Part shown: one piece after another, positions 37,613 through 50,730 of the stretch
Layout of the letters: each line of letters opens with the position of its first letter
Position numbering within the stretch: the stretch's first letter is position 1
NCBI GenBank assembly: GCA_030704615.1
Contig: CM060733.1
Coordinates: 23,064,001 to 23,128,000 of the forward strand
Source of the DNA: Takakia lepidozioides
Taxonomy: Eukaryota; Plantae; Bryophyta
Direction of reading: 5' to 3'
Length of the DNA stretch: 64,000 bases
Notes under the pieces: generated by a model
The model's database searches: none
What the model saw: the letters and a program-made list of their open reading frames with translations, nothing else
What the model was told of the DNA's origin: nothing
Translations under genes and position numbers: made by a program

Positions 37613-39877
37613 TCAGCCGTGACATGAGTCAAAAGTGTGACTGGGATCACACTTAAGAAATCCTTTAGCTGCCCTTTCTGCTACCTCCACATTCCCATGA
37701 ATTCTAGAGGCACCAAGCAAGGCCCCCCACACCGCAGCATCTGGTTTGATTGGCATTTTGTGAATGAAGTCCTCTGCCTCCTCCAATAGCCCTGCACGGC
37801 CAAGAAGGTCTACCATGCAGCCAAAATGCTCCAGAGTAGGAGTGAGACTATATTCTCGACTCATGGAATCAAAGTAGTGCCAGCCTTCATCCAGTAGGCC
37901 GGCATGGGTACATGCAGAGAGAACGCATATGAAGATGATTCTGTCTGGCTTCAAGCCTTCTTGTTGCATTTCTTCGAAAAGTTGCAGGGCCTCTGTACTG
38001 CAGCCCTGCTGAGCATACCCTGCAATCATTGCAGTCCATGACCCCACATCTCGTTCATGCATATTGTCAAACACTTGGCGTGCATCGTTTATGTTCCCAC
38101 ATTTGGCGTACATGTCCACAAGGGCATTCTCCAGAATGGTATCTGGTGCGATACCCACTTTCCTAATGTCAGCCTGAACTCTGATACCCTTTCCCAGGGC
38201 TGACAGACCGGCACACGCATTGAGAACACAAGTGAATGTGACCTTGTCAGGCGTCTCTCCTGCGCATATCATCTGCTCATAGATCTCCAAAGCCTGCCTG
38301 CCATACCCATGCTGAGCATATCCGGCAATCATTGCATTCCATGTGACCACATCTCGTTGACACATTTTGTCAAACACTTGCCGCGCATCTTTTATGCTTC
38401 CACATTTGGCATACATGTCAATAAGGGCATTCTCCAGAATGACATCTGCTGCGATTTCTGCTTTCATGATGTCAGCCTGGACCTCTATGCCCTTTTCCAG
38501 GGCTGCCAGGTTTGCACACACGTTGAGAACACAAATGAACGTGACCTTGTCAGGCAACACCCCTTCCCGTATCATTTGCTCATACGTCTCCAAAGCCTCC
38601 CTACCACACCCATGCTGAGCATATCCTGTGATCATTACACTCCATGAGACCACATCTCGATGGGCCATCTGGTCGAACACTTGACGCGCCTCCTTTGAAC
38701 TGCCCCAGTTGGCATACATCACAATTAGGTTATTCTCCAGAATGATATCCGGTACAATTCTAGCTTTGATGATGTCAGCATGGATCTCCCTTCCCTTCTC
38801 CAGGCTGTCACACGCATTGAGAATGGAAATGAACGTGACCTTGTTAGGCACCATCCCTTCCTGTTTCATTAGCTCAAACATTTCAAAAGCCTCCCTACTG
38901 CACCCATGCTGAGCATATCCTGCAATCATTGCGCTCCATGAAATTACATTTCGTTCAGCCATATTGTCAAATACCTGACGTGCATTCTTCATGTCTCCAC
39001 ATTTGGCATACATATCAGCAAGGGCAGTCTCCACAATGATATCTGGAGCAATGGCACATTTCATGATGTCAGAATGAACCTCTTTGCCCTTTTCCAGGCA
39101 ACCTAGTCTGGCACATGCATTGAAAACACAAATAAATGTGACCTTGTCTGGCACAATCCCTTGCCGTATCATTTGCTCATACATCTTGAAAGCCTCCATT
39201 CCACACCCATGCTGAGTATATCCTTTGATCATTGTATTCCATGAGACCACATCTCGTTGAGCCATACTATCAAAAACTTGACGAGCATCCTTCAAACTCC
39301 CGCATTTGGCATACATATGAACAAGGGTATTCTCCAAGTTAACATATGAGGCAATTCCAGCTTTGACTATATAAGCATGGACCCCTTTGCCATATTCCAG
39401 GGCTCCTAGGCTGGCGCATGCCTTGAGAATGCAAATGAACGTCACCTTGTTAGGCATCACCCCTTCCCTTACCATTTGCTCATATAGTTTGAAGGCATCC
39501 CTACCACACCCATGCTTAGCATATGCTGCTATCATTGTATTCCATGCAAACATATCTCTTTCAGGCAATTCGTCAAACACTCGGCGTGCATCCATCACAC
39601 TCCCACACTTTGTATACATGTTGACAAGGGTGTTGACTAGAAAGATGTTTGGCTTGAATTTACTTTTGATTATGTGAGAATGCACCTGCTTTCCCTCTGC
39701 TAGGCCCTGCACGTTGATACACTCCCACAATAGAAGAACATAAGTATCAGTGTCTGCCAGAATGCCTGGTTGGTTCAAAATGTTGAGTGCCTCTTGAAGT
39801 TGCCCTCCCCTGCATAGTGTCCCTATGTCACCACATTGTGCTTGACCTTGTATCATGGCAACCGGCTTTGCTTTCAC
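37613..39877 (-). CDS. PLS-class pentatricopeptide repeat protein with truncated E domain (organellar RNA-editing factor type)
   Basis: Intronless ORF with repeated P-L-S triplets (ALVDMYAKCG..ARQVFD, DVVSWNAMIAGYAQHG, PDKVTFICVLNACA) ending HFGCMVDLLGRAG..WGALLGASRIHGN. First ATG at 39856; the true start is uncertain. Confidence 0.95.
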   Translation of the reverse strand: MKAKPVAMIQGQAQCGDIGTLCRGGQLQEALNILNQPGILADTDTYVLLLWECINVQGLAEGKQVHSHIIKSKFKPNIFLVNTLVNMYTKCGSVMDARRVFDELPERDMFAWNTMIAAYAKHGCGRDAFKLYEQMVREGVMPNKVTFICILKACASLGALEYGKGVHAYIVKAGIASYVNLENTLVHMYAKCGSLKDARQVFDSMAQRDVVSWNTMIKGYTQHGCGMEAFKMYEQMIRQGIVPDKVTFICVFNACARLGCLEKGKEVHSDIMKCAIAPDIIVETALADMYAKCGDMKNARQVFDNMAERNVISWSAMIAGYAQHGCSREAFEMFELMKQEGMVPNKVTFISILNACDSLEKGREIHADIIKARIVPDIILENNLIVMYANWGSSKEARQVFDQMAHRDVVSWSVMITGYAQHGCGREALETYEQMIREGVLPDKVTFICVLNVCANLAALEKGIEVQADIMKAEIAADVILENALIDMYAKCGSIKDARQVFDKMCQRDVVTWNAMIAGYAQHGYGRQALEIYEQMICAGETPDKVTFTCVLNACAGLSALGKGIRVQADIRKVGIAPDTILENALVDMYAKCGNINDARQVFDNMHERDVGSWTAMIAGYAQQGCSTEALQLFEEMQQEGLKPDRIIFICVLSACTHAGLLDEGWHYFDSMSREYSLTPTLEHFGCMVDLLGRAGLLEEAEDFIHKMPIKPDAAVWGALLGASRIHGNVEVAERAAKGFLKCDPSHTFDSCHG

Positions 39878-40461
39878 CCAAGGAGGGTTCGACGAACTCT
39901 CAATCCAAAGGGCCTCCTTTGTGCACTTATGTCTAAAGTCTGCTGATGTTGGACTTCCCTGTGAAATCCACCAGTAGGCTGCTAAGCAGCCATAGCTTCA
40001 ACCACACCTGGCATAGACCAGCCTACTTCAAATAACAGTGACCAACATTCAGCAAACCACTCTCATACGCTTCTAACAAGGGAGAGCAAAACACTGATAG
40101 CAACAATCAGAAGTGCGTTTTTGCTGCTTTTGTCATTGATGTCAGTAACTGGAGATAGAATCCAGTCGACAAAACATCCGCATCACAGCTTCAGTCATAA
40201 ACCATCCTTGACAAATTCTTATCGTAACAATCGAAAATGCTCTCACCTTATCAAACCTGTTGTCCGACCACAGTGAAGGAGCTGAGAAGAACTCCTGCCA
40301 AAGTGCCCCTCTGCTCATTGTTTGGCCTGCATGCAGACGTTACTTTAATATAGATTTTTATCTGCTCCCAGTGGCTCTTTCTCCTCACTCAATAAGAGTT
40401 TTATACAGGGTCCATGACCTGAATGTAAATTCCTCTCTCTCTCTCTCTCTCTCAACCTGAA

Positions 40462-40969
40462 CTTGTTTCCAGTCAGTGACATGGGGGAGGACATCTTGGA
40501 TGACCTCAAGGGTCTACCCACTCTCGGCACTAGACTGAAATTTAAACTCAGGGCAGGAAGCCTACCTTTGAACAGCAAACAGAAGCAGAGAGGAAAGGGA
40601 GAGTGCAATTGCCCGCTGTGTGGGCAATCTGAAGACAGTATTCACTTTCTGATACACTGTCTGGGGTTCTCTCACCAAAGAGACGCTCTCTTCAATTCTA
40701 TCAAGGGAATTGTGCCTGTACCCCTGTTTAACAACTTTGAAAGTCTCGAGGCTGAGCCAAAAGCCCAGGCCCTCCTGAGGCCTAGTTTTTGGGCAAATCA
40801 CACACAGCAGATTGATGCTTGTGTGAAGGGATTTCTAGAGGATATCTGGAAAACCCGGATTAATTCTATATATGATGGTAAGTCACACTACCAACGTCAG
40901 CCCCTGACAGAGGTAGGTTCTGTCCCTTTTGTTCCCGCTCAAACTGGGCGCGGGGTCTTATGAGTACAA
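40462..40969 (+). mobile_element. 5'-truncated LINE (ORF2 C-terminal CCHC region plus 3' tail)
   Basis: LKFKLRAGSLPL..CPLCGQSEDSIHFLIHC; 14-bp TSD TCTCTCAACCTGAA (40448-40461, 40970-40983) at the edge of a (CT)n run. Confidence 0.85.
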
Positions 40970-42194
40970 TCTCTCAACCTGAAGACTATCCATTTTCTGT
41001 CCGGGGTATTCTCATCAGAGAGTGACCCTCTTCAGGGAACACTCCACATCCATAGAGGTGATCGGGGTGGGTGGTGGTGTACCTGTATACAATCAAATGC
41101 AGGTTTCCCCCCCATCTTAGACTGGCCACAGTGGTAGGCAGAGCTTCATGGTTTTTCATGAATTTCTATGCTGCACTGCACCCTATCAAGTCATTGCAAG
41201 CTTACCACACATGTGTTTTGCTGAGTCTGGATCAAGAGGGAACGTGATGGTGCCTTCCTTGAAGGCTGTTGTTGTCTGGAATACACAGATCCTTTCTTGT
41301 CAAGACAAGTCAAGCCCTATCTCTCTCTTGCAATTACTGATAAAGACATCAGACAATTCAAAATTTGCGCACATTCTCAGTAAGCTGATGGAAGGGGCGT
41401 CGATTACACTTCTGTATGATGGCTGGAGTTGTTGTTGGAATGCCTCAGGACAATTTCTAGCCTCGATCCTCGAGCGATCTGACACATACAGAGACCCACA
41501 AAAAAATTACGCAGAGAGTTAAGGATCCATACCTTTCTCCGGTATCCCTTGCGGCATGATAGTCATTACAACCAAGGGTCCAGAACCAGATTTCACCAAG
41601 CTGCGTACCCATTTCACGTCTGCCACCTGGCCAGTTAATTTCTCGCATGATTTCAAGGACCTTGGGCATGGCTCTCTCTGCGCGCTCGGCAGAGCAGCGG
41701 AGTGCGCTCCCATCCATCCCTGCGTTTCAGGAGAAATCCAAGGCGACTGCTGAGAACAGGTGCTGTGGGCACTGGAGCCCATCATGTGACAGGGATACAG
41801 CGAATGTTTGGGTTTATTTTCCTGAACATCTTCATTTCTTCAGTGAAGGCCATGAATCTTTCATTTCTTCCTTTCTCCTCGCTGAACTGGAGGGTGTTGA
41901 GATTCCGAGGGAGAAAGACTCCTTATAAGTCTCAAGAACATTCTGATAGAGACTACCACTGTTAAGGTAATTCCAATGGACCAGCGGAATCCCACAATTC
42001 CGAATAGAGAACAACATCCCCATGAAACAAGATGCAGAAAAAACAAAAACAGTTCACTTGTATCGCTCACGAGATTCTGCCAGAAATTTGTACTAGAAAA
42101 ATCCTCAAGCCGGAGAGTCTGTGTTTGAATTTGCTTCTTGCCCACTCTCTAACTATGATGCTTGCCATTTTCATTTGATGGAAGAATGACCGAG

Positions 42195-42276
42195 GTCTTA
42201 CAGAATCAACCAGTGCTCGCATTTCTTGCTACAGGATTCCAGTTGCTGATTGCGCAGTTGCAGCTCCTTGACACAT
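42195..42276 (-). pseudogene. Short bHLH helix-2 fragment paralogous to 17050-17128
   Basis: TGTCAAGGAGCTGCAACTGCGCAATCAGCAACTGGAATCCTGTAGCAAGAAATGCGAGCAC closely matches the first pseudogene. Confidence 0.65.
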
Positions 42277-44033
42277 CCACAAGAATGGAACTAGATCCGC
42301 GAGGGGTACTGGACATTTTTAGTTTTCTTTTGGTTCTTGTGAGGTATGGCGCCTACCTTCCCGTTGGTTACATTGGTCTCTGCACAAATGAGCATCTTGT
42401 CTGGACTGGACGGGCCAATGTTATCTCCGGCCGGTGTAAGAATTGTAGTCGCTGGCCATAAAATCGCGCACTCTAGCCAGCCAATGGGACGGTTCTTGGA
42501 TTCGCTCAGACACTCATACAAACGTCATGGACTCTCTCATAGCACTCTTCAAATTGAGAGCCATCTCCCTCGACGTATTGTCTGAATTGCAAGGAGGTTG
42601 TGATGAAAGAAGCAAACATGAAGAACGACTTTCAATTTCGTGGTCGCCAAACATCACTCATTCCTAGAAAACAGGAGTAACAGCGGCAAGTTGGACACAG
42701 TCCCATACAGCATGGACAACAGTTTTTCCAACAGATTTTTCGATTCACCATTGTCCCCACGTTCTACCTCGAGCCAAGTCTCGTTTTGGAAAAGTGCACA
42801 ACGTGCTCTAATTTTCCTATCTCAACCTCCAGATTCTAATGGGCTTTAGATAAACACAGGTCACAATCATAGTATACCACTACAGGGATAACAGAAGCAT
42901 ACTCTACTTATGGGCGAGTATGATCAGAGAACATTGGGGTGCGCATCTTAGATGAAAGAGGACGTCAAATGGAGAGAGCCTTTTCCACTTGCAGGTTCTG
43001 CCCCCTTTTGGAGGTGCCAGGAATGCTAATGTATAGCTAGATTCTTCTCGGCTGATGACAACGTGATCAGCAACCCTTATGTTTCAAGTTCCTCATCTTG
43101 CCAAAGTTTTTCCTGCAGCGGTGTGTGTTGTGAACTTCGTGACTGAAACAGATGGTGCTGTTCATACACGTGGAAGAATCTTGGAGCTTGCTATTGCATT
43201 TCCTTCTTGCATTGAAGTCTCAGTTCATCATCTTGCATTTTCTCCTCATTGTCATAGGTAAGGTAAAGTCTCTATTGTACAGGGACTTTCCAAGATGTCT
43301 GGAACTGTGAGTTAGACGCAAAAGCATCAAGTGTGGTGTTCTTGGCATGAGCTTTTCAACTTCCATTTGCAAAATTAGTATCTGCAATTGGAAATAGCTC
43401 TCATAATTGTCACAAAACCCAAATCTGGACAAGAAACTTATTTACATCTCAAGTTCAGCTGTCCCTTTGTTGACTGGATGTCACAACCCCCTTTTCAAGT
43501 CATACATTCACTTGAATCCTGCAATTTCATCTTCTTCCTCACCCACAGGCTTCTACAACGGTCTAAGCAGGTTTGTTGAAACTGACAGCAAGTGGATCAT
43601 ACTAGTAAGCTGCCTCCAGGGATTTCAATAAACTGTTCGTAGACTGCTTGGCTTAAGCATCTGCAAAGCTAAGTTTTTGTATGGTTTCTACATCATGACC
43701 TGCTCAGTATCTTGCGATACAGCTCATGACAGGTTCCGATTGTTGCATTGTCCTAATAGTGGATGCAAATGAATAAAAAGCCCCCAGGAGAAAGGAGGAA
43801 TAGTGCACAAGAGGATGAAGCCCAATATAACTTGACAGAACTATCAGCATACCTGCACCACAAAGTTATTCACCAAGAAGAATTGGAATAATATCTTGTA
43901 ATATCCCTGCACTCTTCTCAGTGAGATCTAGCCCCATTGTGCCTCCAATCCACGTTTTCCAGATACATAAAAAAAGAGGATGACCTTCAGAGGAAAATTT
44001 GTCAAACCAGCATAAGAATTCCAGCTGCTGAAC

Positions 44034-47000
44034 TCAACAACGCATGAGAGGGATGAGGAGGTACTCGGCGTAGAAAAGCTGCGCAAAACAAACGGGTTTT
44101 GACAAAGATTAGGCAAACTTGCAATCGAGAAAGCAAATCTGTGCTCCTTGAGAAGCCAGTATTTAACATGGTGCGACAAAAAAGGTCTGCAATCAACCTT
44201 GCCAGAAGAAAACAAGGAGGGGTGGAGCAGGATTGAATGAGCAGTACTGACCTTCCAAATGAACAAGTACCATGCAGCAATGGCACCTCTACTCCTCAAA
44301 TCCACATTTTGAGACCGGACCCACAGTGTGCTTGCTAGCGCAATATGGCCAATACCCTGCAAATAGAGCCACAAGCCAGAACTATTAAGAAGAGTCCACC
44401 ATGCACATTTTGACGCTGTCAGACATGAAGACATTTAGTCAGCATTTTGGACAGAAAGGAGATACATTCCCACCTGTGTTTCCAATCGTAGCTTTTTATG
44501 TCAAGCATGCATTGATCATTTAATCTCTCGACAAGCTAAGCCCCTTAGAATAGTAATAGAAGCATAGAGATAAGTGTTGACCATTGCAATTTTACTCCAC
44601 AATACTGGAGATGTCATCCCCACAACAAAAGCCGCTGCATATGCTGCCAGCAGCAACCAAACACACATCCAGAAAACCTGCTCCATTCCCCATGTCCAAG
44701 AAACCCTGCATCTTAGCAAAAATAACAGAGTCCTGTGGACATTAGAGCTCCTTTCTTTTCTTCCTCCCTGCGGATGTAAAATAATTCTTCATTTCAGTAC
44801 ATAGAGCACCACAATTTCTTTTCTTTTCTTGCCAACTTAAGGATCCGAGGGGTCGGTATTAGGGTGGTTTGCAATAGTTCAAACAGCCTAGAGCCTCATT
44901 TGCCATCAGTTCATCAAGCAGTAACTCGATACATTTGAACCCCCTACCCCCCGGCCAACAAACAGGGTGCAGAATATGGACTTCCTGATGCTACAATTCT
45001 GCATGACAAAATACTGATTCACTGCATGTTTTTCAAATAAAACAGCAATTTAACATTATACTCGAGAAGCGGAACACACTGATGAGATGAAATGACTCCT
45101 TGAACGGCTCCTCCAGCAAGTATAAGCTTTTAGTAATGTCTCTTTAGAGATTCCCAATCTTTAGCAGAGGCCTTTACACTTCAAAGATCTGAAGTGCATC
45201 GCAGCCTTCCGGAAACATCTGTAGTTCTTGGTTTGTTCTATCCTGTCGCATGGGCCCGTGTGTGATTTTGTGGGCATCATAACGTTTCTTTCTTTATTAC
45301 TTTAATTACGAAACGATGAGATTTAAGGTGACACTGAAAGCTGTAACAGATGCCACGCCTTCTATAATGGTGAAGTCATGACGAGCATGGCATGAAGGCC
45401 ATCTTAACACTTAAACTGACTGAGTTCTGTTGCAAACAGTTCTATGGCAGTATCAGCTTCCCACTTACCCGGGTTTGTCCAATTCGAACACTAAAAGATT
45501 GAATTCCAAAGACCTTGTCTCCTTCCACATCTGGAATATCCTGAATCACATTGCCACTTTATTGTGATTAACTTGCAGACCTCTAGCATTGGCTGCATAT
45601 TGGAACAGTTGCTATAACATCCTTAGAAATCAACGCACAACTTGCAACCAGGTCTTCAGGGGCCACTCACTCCTGGATTCTCAGCATTGTTGACCAATAT
45701 CACAGTAAGCTCGTTCAGATGGAAATACCTTTGCAAGAGCTATGACAATAGAGAAGAAGCACATGAAGCCTGTCGCAAACCACAGTGGTCTGGTCAACAC
45801 TGCAGCTCTCCCAAATACAGAGGCCTGGAGCGGCCCACATGGAATTACCAGTATTAAAAGCTACAACATGCAGACAATGAGGCCTGCACTAGCCATACTG
45901 AATTCAAACATGCATTGAAAGGAAATATTCTTGTGAGAAGAAACCCTAGATACTTTGCCACAACACATCATAATCACAACTACAGAGAGTTTAATAATTT
46001 GTGTAGATCATCCTGACACCATTGGGGAGTCCCTGTCTGGACAGACTCAAGTAACATGACATTGTTGTTGGACTACATACACAAATAAACATGCAACGTT
46101 CATATACAGATTGGCAAGACAACATCTCAGGTGCCAGGTGCCCTGGGTTATGTTACCTCCGTTAAGGTGACCCGTACCTGCATATGTAGGTAGAAACCAA
46201 GCTGCACTATTACAGCTCTCACGGCCAAAATGCAGCTCGCAGCTGCGACCGCTGATCTCTTCCATCTCAGGAACGGAAGCTGTAGAAGAGGGAGAAGAAA
46301 AATTTAGTGAGAGAACGAAAGAAATAGACCACGTCACATGCAACTACTGCCTCCCCTTTCTAGACTAAAACTTGTTTCAGAAGAGCTTAGTGATACATTG
46401 AACTTCAAGAGAAGGAAAATTGCACTTCATGCGGATCTAGAAACTAAGAAAACAGTGTCAGCGTGGATTGATTGGTTCTTTGCAGACTGCATCATAAATT
46501 GAGCTAAATTCAATTTTAGCAAATAAGAAGCTCTTGACATACATCAACTGGGTATGCAGTCCCCAACACCAGGCTGACAGTAAGAGCCCAAAGCAACGGC
46601 CTTGAGCCCACGTAGACCCCTATCGCGGTTCTTTGCAGAGTGCATCATAAATTGAGCTAAATTCAATTTTAGCAAATAAGGAGCTCTTGACATACATCAA
46701 CTGAGTATGCAGTCCCCAACACCAGGCTGACAGTAAGAGCCCAAAGCAACGGCCTTGAGCCCACGTAGACTCCTATCGCCAAACTCTGCGGCCAGCACTC
46801 ACATGTCTCATATCAGACTTTCTGTATACAACAAAACTGGGCTTCCACAAATAAACAATACCATTCCATATGCTACAGTCAGATCCAAAAAGTGATACAT
46901 TTCCAAACTTCCAAGTGTATGCTGTAAAATGTTCCTGGGAGTTTTCTGGCATAGTCAACACTGATACAAATATACAAATATCCCCTACACAACTTCATAT

Positions 47001-49075
47001 ATGTTCAGTATACCTACACCAAATTCACTAAGGCCTGGACTTGAATTCTAGTTTCTATTTAAGAAATCTGCTCTAGTATAATGCGGGGGCTTCATAAATG
47101 GTTGAAAGGCATACCACAGCAGCAAAGAAGGTGACCAATGCTATGCCAGTGGCCAAAGAATATTCACCCGAAGCAAGTGGAAGATATGGCTTGTTCACCT
47201 GCACATTTAAGTTCATGATTATGTGACAACTGGGACTACCATGCCATTCAAGCTAAATCTACTGCCACTGCTGCTGCCTGCTGACGAAACTCCAAACTGC
47301 CTTGCCCCTGAAAGTCATGCTGCCCTTTCCAAGATGCAAGAGCATTCCATATGTATGGAGTCGGAGAGCAGAAAGCACAAATGAAAGAAGGCAATTGGAG
47401 AATTGACAGGAAAAGAGCACATTGTCAGAAAGGAGGACATGAAGACACTGGAGATTAGATCTCAAGCTCCTCCAAACAGCCAAGGCCAAAATAGCCCCTC
47501 CATGCTTAAAGCAGGGCGACCCACTTGTGCCAGACAGCAGTGTAAAAGGCACCCATATACAACCAATGCCACATTACTGCCTTGAATTTCAAGCAATCAC
47601 CTTATCAATATCAATGTCATAGATTTGATTCAATCCAACAATGTACACATTCATACAAAGAGCCGGGATCACAGCCTGCACAGCATGACAAAAAGGACCA
47701 CAATTAATGGCACTCATCCACATTTGTTTTGGAGATCAACAGGGCCCAACCTCTAAAGCCATGACTGGATAGGAAAGCACACAGAGAATCCTGTCCAATA
47801 TTCGTTCATCTGAATAGCAACTATTTGTAATACATTGACAACGCAGGGATTTCTCTCTGTAGAATCTATCACTGAAAAGGATACTACTTGCCTGGAGTAG
47901 TCCAACCAGAAATGTTGATGAAAAATCAGCTGGACTTTGGATTGCCAGCATTGACACTGAAATTACACCCACAGCCTAGAGACCAAATATAATGTTAGAA
48001 CGTACAGAGACTCCACAAGCAGATTTTTGGTTGGTAATACCTTTCTCTTCTGTTTCCAGCAAACACAACAGCTGGGTAACACAGTCACTCTAGTCTGAGG
48101 AGCTTTTAACAAGCTCACTCACATGATTCCTCAGATGGGAAGTGTTGTCACAGCAGTCATCAGTGACAACGAAATCATGAGAGAGTGCCTACTTAAAATA
48201 CCTCAAGTGATTCATGCCTGTATCCCAGTCACGGTGGGAATGATCTCCCCATGTCATGTTTCATGAACTACGAAGAATGTTGTGTCATGCAGTCATCCGA
48301 AAATAGCTCATATTTAGTCGTGTCTAAAGAAAAGTTGTAAGAAGGCGTAAGAGGCGCACAGTTAGCGGACCAGATTAGCAGTATGGCTCACAAAGTATTG
48401 CAACTCACAGAGCCTAGGATTGTGTGAGGCCGGGAGAATCGATAGAAGGCATCGAACCAGCCTACGCTAGCGTCCACTAGACTCTTGGCATCTCCTGGCA
48501 CAGAAGAGCCATCGTCCACATCCAGAGGCCTTGCAGTGGCCGAAATGACATACTTCCTTCCCGTTTGGATTCCTGCTTTTGCAGCATGATTGTTGCCGGA
48601 TGGTAAGTGCATTCCCCGCATATCACCATGACAGCTGCCAACCGGCCTTCCCCAAAGGCCGACCAGATTCCACTGTGTCCGTGACCTGCAGCTGGCACAA
48701 TGATCCCTCCCTGTATATAGGCACAGATATCAGAGCAATTCAGCTGGAAAAAATCATTGGGTCTCAATGCACCAAAGGTACCAAATCATATACGAAAATG
48801 CTCTACAATTAGACAGCACTGGAGATTCCAGACAATTCTTCCCCTGAATCAAAACCCGTGTCAAATACTCCCATAGAACTAGATCCTGATAGAAGAAAGG
48901 AAAGAAGGCATTAATTTAAATCAATCAATACCATGCAGTTCCGCGACAGCTTACATTGTGACACGATCTGATCAGTAAACTGATATCGACCGCTGAATGC
49001 CAGTTGAGAATGGGACCGGGCCAAAGAAAACCTTGTTCCCTGAAAAACCTGCCATTGAATTGGCCCAGTGGACAT
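44034..49075 (-). CDS. VTE2: Homogentisate phytyltransferase (tocopherol biosynthesis, UbiA family), about 423 aa
   Basis: 12 phase-consistent exons: 49075-48955, 48710-48409, 47975-47892, 47675-47601, 47198-47115, 46785-46696, 46279-46178, 45824-45729, 45540-45469, 44677-44582, 44356-44252, 44078-44034. Motifs [56 protein letters not shown]. Confidence 0.93.
46474..46779. repeat. 153-bp tandem duplication covering most of VTE2 exon 6 and adjacent intron
   Basis: 46474-46626 and 46627-46779 differ at 4 positions. Confidence 0.95.
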
Positions 49076-50730
49076 TTTAACAGTCTCGGAATTTTCGCCC
49101 AAAAACTCTCAAGTGTCCAACAAACAGGCTCAGCAGCTCCACCAGCAGCCGAGTCTGGGACTGCGAGTATCCTGCATGTCAGCAATCACCAATCCCCTCC
49201 GAGCATTGACACCCTGGTAAATGTCCCTCTCCCAGACAGCTCCGACACAGAAGACCTTCCCTACCTTCTACACTTCCAAGCATCCCCGAGCTCCACAGGC
49301 GAGAGCGCAAGTAGGGCACGAAGTGCGGAGTCTTGAGGATGGGGAAATTGTTCCTTTTTCATAACTTCACTGCCGCGTGGAGAATCCGTGAAGAATTGAA
49401 GGCTACGACTTCGTGGTCCTTGCAAGAGGCGACAGGTGCAAAATCTTCAAAGTGGGCCCGGGTACAATACGGGACAGGCAATGAAGGCAGCGGCCTGCCC
49501 ACCTAATGCCAAGATCCATGTGTTAATTCGACCTCTCCCTCTCTCTCTGTAGGCATCTGTCTACATGCATTTAGCATCCATCCTGGGACCAGCCCACTTA
49601 TTACCCAGCCTACACTAAGTTATACGCCTTTCCTTGATCATTCGATTCGGGAAGAAAGGGAGATGCATCTTCCACTGTCAGGTCATTGCACCAAAGAATG
49701 ATTGATTCACACTCCGATACATGATGTGCAGGCATCCTCATAAATGTGGAGTGTGACATCGTCAATGTCAATGCTTCCAAGCTACTTATGCCTTAACACT
49801 GCCTTGCACAATCGGCTGCAGGAGTGACATGGCAAGGCAAGGTCTGGCAGCACCCGAGGCCCCCAATGAAGGCCCACTGTACACAGTACTTGGTGCTCCT
49901 GTGGGGCCACGCCCATAAGTGGGCTACACAACACCAACACAAACAACAAAAAACCCAAACAAGGCAAGGCCTCTCACCCCGAAGTATATTCTTAAAATAT
50001 TATGTATCCTTGGATGAAGATTCTGTTGTGGTTGAGGAATATTTATAGGAATCCATTATTGGCTGGAAAGATTCCTCACTAACCTTGCTCCTAAGAGCCC
50101 TTCCATGTGGCCGGACCGAACCTAATATCAAAACAACATAATGGGGATAAATTGCGGGTGTCTAGTGTCAACACCAGCAGTCTTAGCCCTCCCTCCCGCT
50201 TTGGACATCATTGCGGTGGACGAAGAAACGGTGTTTCCATGTGTATGTTGTTGCTCGGGGTCCATGCCCGGGTCGAGCACATTGAAGGCCCAAAAAACAC
50301 GGACTTTTCATCTCCACCGGTTGGCTAGTGGTTGGTGCCATTGATAAAAGGGTAGGTGACCTCGAATAGCAAGTCTTTTTTCCGATGTTCTACACCATGA
50401 AGTTGATCATGCACCCAAGGACGACGAAGTCAAACCAAGCGGGCTTATGTCGTCGATAGGGAGATGGGCCTAATAAGGACTAGGTTTCATGGGCACTCCC
50501 AATCAGCCCCCTAATGGAACCACCCCAAGATGGAAAAGCCCCTCCACTCTTACATCAAGGGATGTGGTTCCACGTGGATCCTTGTAATCGCCCCTCCTTA
50601 ACTTGAACAAGCAGCTCCGCCACAAGAGGCTCTGTCCTTGCTCTTTCCTTCGGTGATTTTGGGGTTGTTGTTTCATACTTTTCCACGGCTTCATGAATCA
50701 TGCCCATCAACCCTCCATAGACTAGGCTTA

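Noticed and set aside
38309-39677. Plus-strand ORFs within the PPR gene
   Set aside because: Antisense shadows of the repetitive PPR coding sequence.
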